Shown here in pieces: positions 1 through 8,592 of a stretch of DNA of 41,615 nucleotides (the first letter of the stretch is position 1; each line of letters starts with the position of its first letter). The translations under genes were made by a program, and so were the position numbers. Origin of the DNA: an uncultured delta proteobacterium (GTDB lineage Bacteria > Desulfobacterota > Binatia > Binatales > Binataceae); NCBI GenBank assembly GCA_963794325.1, contig CAWCDG010000001.1, forward strand, positions 1 through 41,615, given 5' to 3'. The notes under the pieces were generated by a model. That model had not been told where the DNA came from. It made no database searches and was given only the letters and a program-made list of their open reading frames with translations.

Positions 1-73
1 CGAACCCTCGGTACCGGTTACCCAGTACGCCAGATTAGCAATCTGGTGCCTTCGACCACTCGGCCACCTCTCC
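1..73 (-). tRNA. tRNA-Ser(GCT), 3' end cut by the window edge
   Basis: The reverse complement reads GGAGAGGTGGCCGAGTGGTCGAAGGCA-CCAGA TT GCT AA TCTGG, then a long variable arm, then GAGGGTTCG. This gives a D-arm, an anticodon stem with GCT, the serine-type long variable arm and the start of the T-loop. Confidence 0.95.
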
Positions 74-166
74 GCGTGAGAAAGGCGATTGTTCAATATC
101 GATCGCTGGCGCGCAAGCCGGTTGGAGAGTTGCACCCGGGCGCGGCGGCGAAGTAAAGCAACACCA

Positions 167-886
167 ATGGAGCCGAGCAAGACTCAAAACTTCCTGGTCG
201 AGAAGGACGGCCCGATCTCGACGATTACCTTCAATCGGCCGGAGCGGCGTAATTGCCTCGATGAAGGCGTCATCCTCGAATTCGAGCGGCATCTGCATGC
301 GGTCCGCGATGATCGCGAATGCCGCGTCCTGATCGTCACCGGCAAAGGCGCTGCGTTTTGCGCCGGCGCCGATCAGGCGATGTTCAAAGCTCCGGCTGGC
401 GCCGACATCGATCCCGCGGAGCGACGACGACGTATGGGCGAGTTCGGCAAACGATGGCCGCGGTTGATCGGGCGGGCGTTCGACGTGCTCGCGCATCTCG
501 ATCAAATCACGATTGGAGCGATCAATGGCTATGCGGTCGGCGGTGGATGGTCCTTCGTGCTCGCATTCGATTTTGCAATCGCAGTCGAAGGCGCGGAGTT
601 CTGGGTGCCCGAGGTGGATCTCGACGTACCGTATCGCGGCGCTCCCGCGAGCGTACTCGCCGCAACGCTCGGTCCCTGGCGCGCGAAGGAAGCGATACTG
701 ATGTGCCGGCATTATACGGCCGAGGAGTTGCTCGCGATGGGCGCGCTCAACCGCGTCGTCAGATCGGAGGAGCTGATGCCGGCCGCGCAAGAGCTGGCGA
801 AGACGATGGCGGCGAAGTCGCGCGACGCGCTCGCGGCGTCGAAGCGCGATATCAACACAGTCTTCTTCGGCCAACGCCTGTTCTGA
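167..886 (+). CDS. Enoyl-CoA hydratase/isomerase (crotonase) family protein
   Basis: Motifs ITFNRPERRN, AFCAGAD, AINGYAVGGG, DFAIA and PEV; start placed at ATG 167. Confidence 0.9.
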   Translation: MEPSKTQNFLVEKDGPISTITFNRPERRNCLDEGVILEFERHLHAVRDDRECRVLIVTGKGAAFCAGADQAMFKAPAGADIDPAERRRRMGEFGKRWPRLIGRAFDVLAHLDQITIGAINGYAVGGGWSFVLAFDFAIAVEGAEFWVPEVDLDVPYRGAPASVLAATLGPWRAKEAILMCRHYTAEELLAMGALNRVVRSEELMPAAQELAKTMAAKSRDALAASKRDINTVFFGQRLF

Positions 887-891
887 AAAGC

Positions 892-1647
892 TCATTCGAG
901 GCAGGTGACGACGCAGAGGTTGGCGGCGCTCGCGTCGACGTAGAACTGGCGCAGCTTGCGGAACGCGTCCATCAGCCACTGTTCGTCGTCGGAATCGAAT
1001 TGCGCCGGATAGATGCCGAGCATCGCCATTTTATCCGGATCCCATCGCGCGGCCATCTCGGCTTCGAGATTGGGCCGGCTCAGCTCGCGCGCAATTGCGA
1101 CGACCTCGTCCGCGGTGAAATACCGCGCGGGTCCGTAGCCGAGATCGTCGCCGACGTCGGTCCCGCCCATCACGACCTGGCTCACGAGGTCGGTTCCGGG
1201 TTGGTCCTTGCCGCACAAGAGGTAGTGCACGCCGTGCCACGCTTTATCGAGCGAGATGTCGGCGCCTTTTCCCGACGCCTGCGCGTTACCGCCTGATGCC
1301 GGCGGCTCATTGGACAAGCCGGCGGCCGCCGCCAGGACTCGGCCGCGCTCGGCCATCAACTTTGCCAGCGTCTCAATGCCTTCGCCGCGGGCGAGCCCGT
1401 CGATGTCAACGCCGGCGGCTTTTAACGCCTGCTCTGTTCTCTCCCTCATTGCGGGGTCCATCGTCTTGAACGATGCGGCGATCATCGGAGCGCGTTTCTG
1501 TAACATGCCGCGTATTACTTCCAAGGTCTTAGGAGCGGCTTGCGCGACTTGCGCCGAGGCGAGAAGTTCTTCAACGGTGGAGGGATCTGCGAGAATCTGT
1601 TGCAAGCGGTCCGGCGACACCTGGACAAAACGGCCCATCATCGACAT
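892..1647 (-). CDS. YfbM/DUF1877 family protein with an internal insertion
   Basis: N-terminus MSMMGRF, motifs ISLDKAWHGVHYLL, GYGPARY and MAMLGIYP; GGAGG RBS upstream of ATG 1647. Confidence 0.85.
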   Translation of the reverse strand: MSMMGRFVQVSPDRLQQILADPSTVEELLASAQVAQAAPKTLEVIRGMLQKRAPMIAASFKTMDPAMRERTEQALKAAGVDIDGLARGEGIETLAKLMAERGRVLAAAAGLSNEPPASGGNAQASGKGADISLDKAWHGVHYLLCGKDQPGTDLVSQVVMGGTDVGDDLGYGPARYFTADEVVAIARELSRPNLEAEMAARWDPDKMAMLGIYPAQFDSDDEQWLMDAFRKLRQFYVDASAANLCVVTCLE

Positions 1648-1796
1648 GTCGGTTCCTCCGTCGCCCGATTGTAGGGTGTTGCGTCGCGCCAAGCTAACGC
1701 GTCCACGCGCGTTGGCGCCGCGCTTTCCTTGTTTGACAGTCGCGTATCGGCTAAGTCCAGATTACTCAAACAGATTCTCGCAGTGAGGGTATTTCG

Positions 1797-2822
1797 ATGG
1801 CGGAACTGAAAAATCGGCAATGGCTGCTCCAGGCGCGTCCGCATGGGATCATCAAGGAGAGCGACTTCCGGTGGAGCGAAACGACCGTCCCGCCGCTGAA
1901 AGATGGACAGGTGGTGGTGCGCAATCTTGCGTTCTCGTTCGATCCCACGCAGCGCGGATGGATGTCGATGGACACCTACATGCCGGCGATTCCGCTCGGC
2001 CAGACGATGAAGGCGGGGACGATAGGACAGGTGGTCGAGTCCCGGCGCGAGGGGTTTGCCAAGGGCGATCTCGTGCAAGGGCTTTTCGGATGGGAGGACT
2101 ACACGGTCAACGGCGGCGAAGGGTTGATGGGCTTGCAGAAGCTGCCGCGCGGCACCGATCCGATACTCGCGCTGTCGCTGCTCGGAACGACCGGACTGAC
2201 CGCATACTTCGGCACGCTCGCGGTCGGTGAGGTGAAGGCCGGCGAGACTTTCGTCGTTTCGGGTGCGGCGGGTGCGACTGGTTCGGTGTCCGGGATGATC
2301 GCCAAGATCAAAGGATGCCGGGTGGTCGGAATCGCGGGTGGACGCGAGAAGTGCGACTGGCTTTTGAAAGAGGCCGGCTTCGACGCCGCGATTGACTATA
2401 AGAATGAAAATGTCGGCGAGGCGCTGACCAAGCATTGCCCGCAAGGCATCAACGTGTACTTCGACAACGTCGGTGGCGAGATTCTCGATCATGCGCTCGC
2501 GCGGCTGGCGTTCGGCGCGCGGGTGGTGCTGTGCGGAGCGATCTCGCAGTACAACAACCTTGGCGAGAGAACTCCGGTCGGGCCGAAGAATTATTTCAAC
2601 CTGATAATGAACAAGGCGCGGATGGAGGGTTTCCTCGTATTTCATTTTCTCCCGCGCTATCCGGAAGCGATCGCCGAGATGTCCAAGTGGTTCGCCGAGG
2701 GCAAGCTGAAGAACGAAATCGATCTGCAGCAAGGACTCGAGAACGCACCCAAGACGATCATCCGGCTGTTCACTGGCGCGAACTTCGGCAAGCAGTTGCT
2801 GAAGCTGGGCGACCCTCAATAA
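1797..2822 (+). CDS. NADP-dependent oxidoreductase (prostaglandin reductase/CurA-like MDR family)
   Basis: Motifs SFDPTQRGWM, TGLTAYFG, VSGAAGATGS, YFDNVGG, CGAISQYN and GANFGKQL. Confidence 0.92.
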   Translation: MAELKNRQWLLQARPHGIIKESDFRWSETTVPPLKDGQVVVRNLAFSFDPTQRGWMSMDTYMPAIPLGQTMKAGTIGQVVESRREGFAKGDLVQGLFGWEDYTVNGGEGLMGLQKLPRGTDPILALSLLGTTGLTAYFGTLAVGEVKAGETFVVSGAAGATGSVSGMIAKIKGCRVVGIAGGREKCDWLLKEAGFDAAIDYKNENVGEALTKHCPQGINVYFDNVGGEILDHALARLAFGARVVLCGAISQYNNLGERTPVGPKNYFNLIMNKARMEGFLVFHFLPRYPEAIAEMSKWFAEGKLKNEIDLQQGLENAPKTIIRLFTGANFGKQLLKLGDPQ

Positions 2823-2837
2823 GTCGGGGCCGAAACA

Positions 2838-3215
2838 ATGATCGATCACATTTCGCTGAGAGTCTCGGATTTCCTGCGAAGCCGCGCCTTCTATGAGGCG
2901 GCGCTCACACCGCTCGGATATACCCTCGTTTTCAGCAACGACCAGGAGCAATACGCGGGCTTCGCCGGACCCGATCGCGAGCGAATCTGGATCGGACATC
3001 ACGAAGGCGCATCGAACGGCTATGCGCATATCGCGGTGCTGGCGAAGGATCGCGCGACCGTGCGCAAGTTCTATGAAGCGGCGATGAAGGCCGGCGGGCG
3101 CGATAACGGCGGGGCCGGTCCGCGACCGCAGTATAGTCCGACGTACTATGGCGCGTTCGTGCTGGACCCTGACGGTCACAATATCGAGGCGGTCTGCTTC
3201 GCGAAGAGCGAGTAG
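2838..3215 (+). CDS. VOC/glyoxalase family protein
   Basis: Motifs MIDHISLRVSD, AHIA, GGRDNG..GPRPQY and YYGAFVLDPDGHNIEAV. Confidence 0.92.
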   Translation: MIDHISLRVSDFLRSRAFYEAALTPLGYTLVFSNDQEQYAGFAGPDRERIWIGHHEGASNGYAHIAVLAKDRATVRKFYEAAMKAGGRDNGGAGPRPQYSPTYYGAFVLDPDGHNIEAVCFAKSE

Positions 3216-3291
3216 TCTGCTCGCTCCGGTCGGAATGACGGGGCTGCGGCTGTAGCGGGGATAGGGTGCCCGGCGGTATCGTCATGCGTTC

Positions 3292-3945
3292 ATGGCGAGA
3301 CTTCGAAAGGCTGCGCGCATCTGGGGGAATCCCAAGGCGCGCGAAATTGGCGAGCGCGTACTGTTCGCGCCCGACGACAACCTCTTCACGATCGATCCGC
3401 CGGCGATGTTCGGCCGTCGTGCGCCGGTCGAAATCGAGATCGGCGCCGGCAAAGGCGAATTCATCATCGAGCGCGCCGCCGAATTTCCTGATCGCGATTT
3501 CATCGCAATCGAGCTCTCGGCGACGATCACGCGCGTGCTGGCTGTGCGATGCGGCCGCGCGGGACTCGACAATCTCCGCGTGGTGCGGATGGACGCGCGC
3601 ACGCTGGTTAACCTGATGCTCGCCGACGCGAGCGTGAGCGCGTACCACATTTACTATCCCGACCCGTGGCCGAAGGAGCGGCATATCAAGCATCGGCTGT
3701 TCACGCCGGGGCTTGCCGCGAGCCTGTTTCGCACCGTCGAGCCGGGGGCGATTGCGTACGTCGCGACCGACGTGCGCGGCTATGCCGCCGAGATTTTCCC
3801 AATGATGCTGGCGGCAGGCTTTATCCGCGCGGTCGAGGCCGCGCCGGGCGCCGAGCGGACCGGCTTCGCGCGCAAGTACGTCGCCGCGGGGAAGCCGGTT
3901 TTTTCAGGGTCGTTCCGGCATCCGCGCGAATCGAAAAATATCTGA
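3292..3945 (+). CDS. trmB: tRNA (guanine-N7)-methyltransferase
   Basis: SAM motif VEIEIGAGKGEF, then FIAIE, YPDPWPKERHIKHRL, ATD and TGFARKY. Confidence 0.9.
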   Translation: MARLRKAARIWGNPKAREIGERVLFAPDDNLFTIDPPAMFGRRAPVEIEIGAGKGEFIIERAAEFPDRDFIAIELSATITRVLAVRCGRAGLDNLRVVRMDARTLVNLMLADASVSAYHIYYPDPWPKERHIKHRLFTPGLAASLFRTVEPGAIAYVATDVRGYAAEIFPMMLAAGFIRAVEAAPGAERTGFARKYVAAGKPVFSGSFRHPRESKNI

Positions 3946-3986
3946 ATTCAAGGGGTTGTCGCTGGGGATCGAGGATCGAGCGCGGA

Positions 3987-4015
3987 TTGCAATGGCGAAG
4001 AGCGTTGTCTAACCT
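3987..4015 (+). promoter_or_regulatory. Candidate sigma-70 promoter for bamD
   Basis: TTGCAA-17 nt-TAACCT, ending 14 nt before ATG 4030. Confidence 0.4.
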
Positions 4016-4029
4016 TTTCGCGTCACCCG

Positions 4030-5715
4030 ATGAAACGATTGTTGTTGATATTGGTGGCTCTTGCTTTGCTGCCTGCCGCCGCATGCAGCCTGCGCCAGAA
4101 GCCTACCGGCGAGAACTACTACGCGCAGGGCCAACTTAATTTTGCGACAAAAGAATACAAGGCAGCGATCGAAAATTACCAAAACGTAATCGACAAGTAT
4201 CCGTTCAGCCCCTATGCCGAAGACGCCGAGATGAAAATCGGCCTCGCCTATTATCAGCAGAAGGACTACGCCGAGGCGATCGGCGCGCTGGATGATTTCC
4301 AGCGGATGCATCCGACCAGCAAAAATCTCGAGCTCGTCACTTACTACATCGGGCTGAGCTACTACGATCAGATCGGCCGCGAGGATCAGGATCAGGGCAA
4401 GACCGAGGCGGCGCTCAAGCGCTTCCAGGAATTGGAACAGCGCTTCCCCGAAGGCGATTTCGCCCAGTTGGCGCACGACAAGGTCCTGGTATGCCGCGAG
4501 ATGCTCGCGCGCAATCAGATGATCGTCGGCAACTACTATTACAAACGGGCAAACTTCCGCGCCGCGGAATCGCGCTTTGCCGAGCTGCTGCAAAAATATC
4601 CGGAGACCCCGGTCGCCCCAGACGCGTTATTCGAACTGGGAATTTCGCTGGAGAAAGAGGGCAAGCGATACTCGGCCGCGCAGGCTTTCGCCGCGGTAAA
4701 GAAGCATTTCCCGGATTCCAGCTACGCGAAAAGAGCCCAGACAGAACTGGCCAAGCTCCATCAGCCGATCGATACCGAAGAAGACCCGCTCCCACTGGTG
4801 CTGGCCGAAACCGGATACGGTGGAAATCCCGATGGTTCCGACGCCGACAAAGTTGTAGTGCGCCAGCGCTCCGACATGCGCGGTACCCAGGTCGCGTCGT
4901 CGAGCGGCGGACCGGCTTACGGAGCCGACGGACTGCCGAACCTCGATGCGTCGACGCCGCCGGGGGCAGAACTGAAAGCGTCATCGCCGGAGGTGCGGGC
5001 CGTGGCGAATGCGCCTGATCCGTCGCAGCCTGATCTTCCCAGCCGAAAAGCCAGCGCGCCTGATATGATGCGCGCGCCCGCCCCGATGCTGCCGAAGCCC
5101 ACCGGCAGCATCGCGGGGGCCGCTAACGCGCAGGCGCGCGCGATGACCGGATTGGCGGCAGACGCGCCGGCGGAACCGTCGCTACATCAGATGAACCCGG
5201 GCGGTGATGTACCGGCGCCCGCGCCAGAACCGGCGATGCATCCGATGGATGCGGATGCAACGGCGCCCGCGCCGGAGCCTACCCTGCATCAGGTGACCGC
5301 CCCGGGCGATACGTCGTCCTCGGCCGCGCCGCTGTCGTTGAGCGAGCCGCCCACGGCCGGTCCCGCGACGCTCAAGACGATCCGGTTGTCGTCGAACGAT
5401 CCGCCGCTGTCGGTGATTCTCGAGTTGAGCGGCCCGGTTACCTTCGACAAGAATCTCGAAAGCAATTCCGACGGTTCAACCGCGACGCTGGTGCTGAAGG
5501 ACGTCACGCCCGATGGCGCGCTACAGAGTCATCTGGTGTTCGACAAATCGATTTTCAAGGATTGCAACATTTCGAGCAGTTCGTCGGGAACCACCGTGAC
5601 GTTGAACATGCAACCGGTCGCGCACTTTGCCGTCGTGCCACTGGAGAGTCCTCCACGCCTGCTGATGACGTTCACGCCGCAAGCGGGAACCCTGAAGACC
5701 AGCTCCGCGAAGTAA
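4030..5715 (+). CDS. bamD: Outer-membrane assembly lipoprotein BamD with a long Pro/Ala linker and an AMIN-like C-terminal domain
   Basis: Signal peptide with lipobox AAAC, TPRs with YPFSPYA, REDQDQ and IVGNYYYKRANFRAAESRF; about 300 extra C-terminal residues ending ..FAVVPLESPPRLLMTF. Confidence 0.88.
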   Translation: MKRLLLILVALALLPAAACSLRQKPTGENYYAQGQLNFATKEYKAAIENYQNVIDKYPFSPYAEDAEMKIGLAYYQQKDYAEAIGALDDFQRMHPTSKNLELVTYYIGLSYYDQIGREDQDQGKTEAALKRFQELEQRFPEGDFAQLAHDKVLVCREMLARNQMIVGNYYYKRANFRAAESRFAELLQKYPETPVAPDALFELGISLEKEGKRYSAAQAFAAVKKHFPDSSYAKRAQTELAKLHQPIDTEEDPLPLVLAETGYGGNPDGSDADKVVVRQRSDMRGTQVASSSGGPAYGADGLPNLDASTPPGAELKASSPEVRAVANAPDPSQPDLPSRKASAPDMMRAPAPMLPKPTGSIAGAANAQARAMTGLAADAPAEPSLHQMNPGGDVPAPAPEPAMHPMDADATAPAPEPTLHQVTAPGDTSSSAAPLSLSEPPTAGPATLKTIRLSSNDPPLSVILELSGPVTFDKNLESNSDGSTATLVLKDVTPDGALQSHLVFDKSIFKDCNISSSSSGTTVTLNMQPVAHFAVVPLESPPRLLMTFTPQAGTLKTSSAK

Positions 5716-5763
5716 GTGCTCGGTGCGCAATCGCTTGCCCGAGGTGAGCCACCCCGCGCGCAA

Positions 5764-5811
5764 CCGGTTCCCCTTCCCGCGCGGGAAGGGGTTAGGGGTT
5801 AGGTTGCTCGC
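5764..5811 (+). repeat. REP-like palindromic repeat, copy A
   Basis: CCGGTT-CCCCTTCCC gcgc GGGAAGGGG-TTAGGGGTTAGGTTGCTCGC; near-identical to 11401-11449 and inverted relative to 6198-6245. Confidence 0.9.
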
Positions 5812-6181
5812 TCGACCGCAATGCCTGCTTGATATGCTCGATCACCGCCTCGAGATCGCGCATCGCGTCGTTCGAAATTCTCAGAACGCGCACTCCCTGT
5901 TTGGCAATGACTTTGTCGCGCGATTCGTCATACTTCCATTGCTCTTCGTGAACAGTTCCGTCGAGCTCGATCGCCAGCTTCGCGGCGTCGCAATAAAAGT
6001 CGACGATAAAACCTTCGATCACCTGTTGACGACGAAAGTGAAATCCGTCGACCGCATTTCCGCGAAGAGCCCGCCATAGAATGCGCTCTGGGAGTGTCAT
6101 CTCGCGGCGCAATCGCTTGGCGAGAGAAAGCTTGTCAGGCTGAACGTTCTGACCGCGTGTGATTTTAGTGCCGCGGGTCAT
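5792..6181 (-). CDS. DUF559 / Vsr-like endonuclease domain protein
   Basis: Motifs AKRLRREMTLPERILWRALR, FRRQQVIEGFIVDFYC, LAIELDGTVH, YDESRD and GVRVLRISN. Confidence 0.92.
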   Translation of the reverse strand: MTRGTKITRGQNVQPDKLSLAKRLRREMTLPERILWRALRGNAVDGFHFRRQQVIEGFIVDFYCDAAKLAIELDGTVHEEQWKYDESRDKVIAKQGVRVLRISNDAMRDLEAVIEHIKQALRSSEQPNP

Positions 6182-6197
6182 GGGTATTGTGGTTTGG

Positions 6198-6245
6198 CCG
6201 AGAAACCTAACCCCTAACCCCTTCCCCTAGTGGAAGGGGGACCGG
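6198..6245 (-). repeat. REP-like palindromic repeat, copy B (inverted)
   Basis: The reverse complement reads CCGGTCCCCCTTCC actagg GGAAGGGG-TTAGGGGTTAGGTTTCTCGG. Confidence 0.88.
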
Positions 6246-6269
6246 TCAACGAGGAGAAATCCACTCCGC

Positions 6270-7550
6270 TCAAGCGAACACTTCGTCGAATTTGATGCCT
6301 AAAAATTTCAGCACCACTTCGGCGTACACCTTCAGTCCCCAGTAGAAACCCTCGATTGGCAGGCGCTCGTCGTTGCCGTGATAGAGCGTGCCGAACGGCA
6401 TGTGCGGCTCGAGCTTGACCGGCGAGAATCCGTAACACGCGGCGCCGAGCTTCGAGTAGAACTTGCTGTCGGTCGCGCCGGGGATCATCCAGGGAATCGC
6501 GAGCGAGCCGGGATCGGCCGCCTCGACGGTCTTCTTGATCAACTCGAACAGCGGAGTGTCGGGACTGGTCTCGGCCGGCGGCGCGGTTTTGAGCAGCTCG
6601 AAAGTCGGCTCGGGCCCGACAATCTGGCGCAGCTCGGCCATGAAGCTTTCGGGATCTTCGCCGGGCAGCGTGCGTCCGTCGAGCACGATCGTCGCCTCGC
6701 CGGGAATCACGTTGTCCTTGTATCCGGCGCGCAGGATGGTCGGCGACACCGTGTTGGAGAGCATCGGCGCGAACAGCGGGCCTGGCGATTCGACCGGCAC
6801 GCCCATCTCCTCGAGCGTCTGACGCATGAACGGCGACACGTTCTTGCGCATCGGGGTCCGCACGATTCGCGTGATTAGTTCGGACATTCGCGAGATCGCG
6901 GTGTCCGATCGCGGCATCGATCCATGCCCCGGCGGCGCGGTGACCTTCATCTTAATCGTGACGAAGCCCTTCTCCGCCACCTGGATCGGATAGTAGCGCT
7001 TGTTCCTGAGATGGACCGTGAAGCCGCCGACTTCGTTCAGGACGTATCCGGCGCGGACCAGCTCAGGATGCCGCTCGACGAGAAATTTTGCGCCGAAATC
7101 CGATCCGGCTTCCTCGTCCGCGACCGCCGCAAGAATCACGTCGCGATTCGGCTTCACCCCCGCACGCTTCATCGCCGTCATCACCACGAGGTCCATCGCG
7201 CATTTGGACTTCATGTCGATCGAGCCGCGTCCCCACAGGCATCCGTCGGCGATCTCGCCGCTGAAAGGCTCGCGCGTCCATCCCGATCGCTCGACCGGAA
7301 CGACGTCGGTATGCGACGACAGCAGCAGCGCGCCCGCCGAGGAATCGGTGCCCTTGTGGCGCGCGACCAGGTTGGCCCGGGTCGGTGCGCTCTCGCGGAT
7401 CACGGACGCGACGCCATGGCTGCCAAGCGCATCCGCCAGGTAGTCCGCCGCGATCCTTTCGTTGCCGGGCGGATTGGTGGTGTCCAGCCGGACAATCGCA
7501 CGCAAACAATCGAGCGCCTCTTGCTGAAACGCCTGCCAGGAAATCTTCAT
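6270..7550 (-). CDS. M20/M25/M40 family metallopeptidase/deacylase
   Basis: Motifs DTTNPPGNE, SHTDVVP, WGRGSIDMK, ADEEAG, NEVGG, GATDS and HGNDERL. Confidence 0.93.
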   Translation of the reverse strand: MKISWQAFQQEALDCLRAIVRLDTTNPPGNERIAADYLADALGSHGVASVIRESAPTRANLVARHKGTDSSAGALLLSSHTDVVPVERSGWTREPFSGEIADGCLWGRGSIDMKSKCAMDLVVMTAMKRAGVKPNRDVILAAVADEEAGSDFGAKFLVERHPELVRAGYVLNEVGGFTVHLRNKRYYPIQVAEKGFVTIKMKVTAPPGHGSMPRSDTAISRMSELITRIVRTPMRKNVSPFMRQTLEEMGVPVESPGPLFAPMLSNTVSPTILRAGYKDNVIPGEATIVLDGRTLPGEDPESFMAELRQIVGPEPTFELLKTAPPAETSPDTPLFELIKKTVEAADPGSLAIPWMIPGATDSKFYSKLGAACYGFSPVKLEPHMPFGTLYHGNDERLPIEGFYWGLKVYAEVVLKFLGIKFDEVFA

Positions 7551-7746
7551 CGAATTCCCCCTTCGAATGAATCCATAACTGTCATAGAATGCTACAGCCT
7601 GTTACAACGCGAGCATAGACGTTTGAACGTCGATTATCGTTACTAAACTGACGCTTTAAAAGTACCCTGCGGACATTGGCGCAGATAATTTGCAACATCT
7701 GGCATCCCGGATTAAGGGGCGATAGCCTCCGTCGAAGGTTCAAATC

Positions 7747-8592
7747 GTGGGAATAATTTGCGTCGAAAGAGTTTTGGTTGCGGTGCGCGATCTCGCAGCG
7801 TCCGTCGAAAATTGGCGGCGCGCGGGATTCGGGATCGCTCGAGAAGAGTTCGACGGCGACGACCTTCGCTTCGCGCGGATGGCCGCGGGCGCAGTAGAAA
7901 TCGATCTGTGCGCGACGCACTCCGCCGAATCCACGTCGATCCTCGCTCGACATCTCCGTGATGCGACCGGGGATGACCGCGGCGGCGGCATCATTGGATG
8001 GGTGTGGGGCGTGAAAGGCGTGCTGGTCTCAAACGAGCGCGAGTCGAATTCGATCCCATCGATAGAATCGATCCGGCTACCGGGTCTGGCGCAGGCCTCG
8101 GTGAAGGCCGAGATGCTTTCGTCGGGTTTGCCGGGCGTTGTGACCGCGGCCGCTCCGATTGCTCTCGACATCGAGTCGCGCCGGCATTCGTTGGCGCGTC
8201 TTTGCGGAACCAATCCGAACACCGTCGACTACCTGGAGCATATCGTTGTGATGACTCCGGTGCTCGACGACGCAATCGCCGCCAACGAAGCGATCGGCGT
8301 CCCATGCAAACGAATCCGCGAAGTTGGCAACGGCGCCAGGCAGGCTTTCTTCAAACTGGAGCAGACGGTGCTCGAAGTCGTCGGCCCGGCGACGCGCGGA
8401 CGTCCCGGGTGCTGGGGCCTCGCGCTGATGTGCTCGAACATCGCGGAGGCTGTCGCCACGGTGCGCGCGAACGATCTTCAAGCAACCGAGCCGAAGCTCG
8501 CGATCCAGGGCGGCCAGATCGCCCGAATCGTCGAGCCGCTGGACGGCGTCGCAATCGCCTTCATGCAACCCGGCCCCCGCCGCGACGATTAA
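7747..8592 (+). CDS. Two-domain VOC/glyoxalase-like protein
   Basis: Repeated VOC strands ERVLVAVRDL and LEHIVVMTPVLD, plus RQAFFKL..TVLEVVGP and WGLAL; GTG start is uncertain. Confidence 0.7.
   Translation: MGIICVERVLVAVRDLAASVENWRRAGFGIAREEFDGDDLRFARMAAGAVEIDLCATHSAESTSILARHLRDATGDDRGGGIIGWVWGVKGVLVSNERESNSIPSIESIRLPGLAQASVKAEMLSSGLPGVVTAAAPIALDIESRRHSLARLCGTNPNTVDYLEHIVVMTPVLDDAIAANEAIGVPCKRIREVGNGARQAFFKLEQTVLEVVGPATRGRPGCWGLALMCSNIAEAVATVRANDLQATEPKLAIQGGQIARIVEPLDGVAIAFMQPGPRRDD

Noticed and set aside
1-170. tRNA-Ser as an integration site for an island in this window
   Set aside because: The tRNA 3' end points out of the window, and I saw no integrase or duplicated tRNA 3' end.
1733-1765. 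TTGACA as a -35 box for the oxidoreductase
   Set aside because: There is no convincing -10 hexamer at 16-18 nt spacing.
1638-3179. Long alternative ORFs (e.g. 1638-3179 minus, 7998-9611 plus, 36550-37734 plus, 27301-28311 minus)
   Set aside because: They are antisense or off-frame shadows of well-supported genes in GC-rich DNA, Arg-rich and without motifs.
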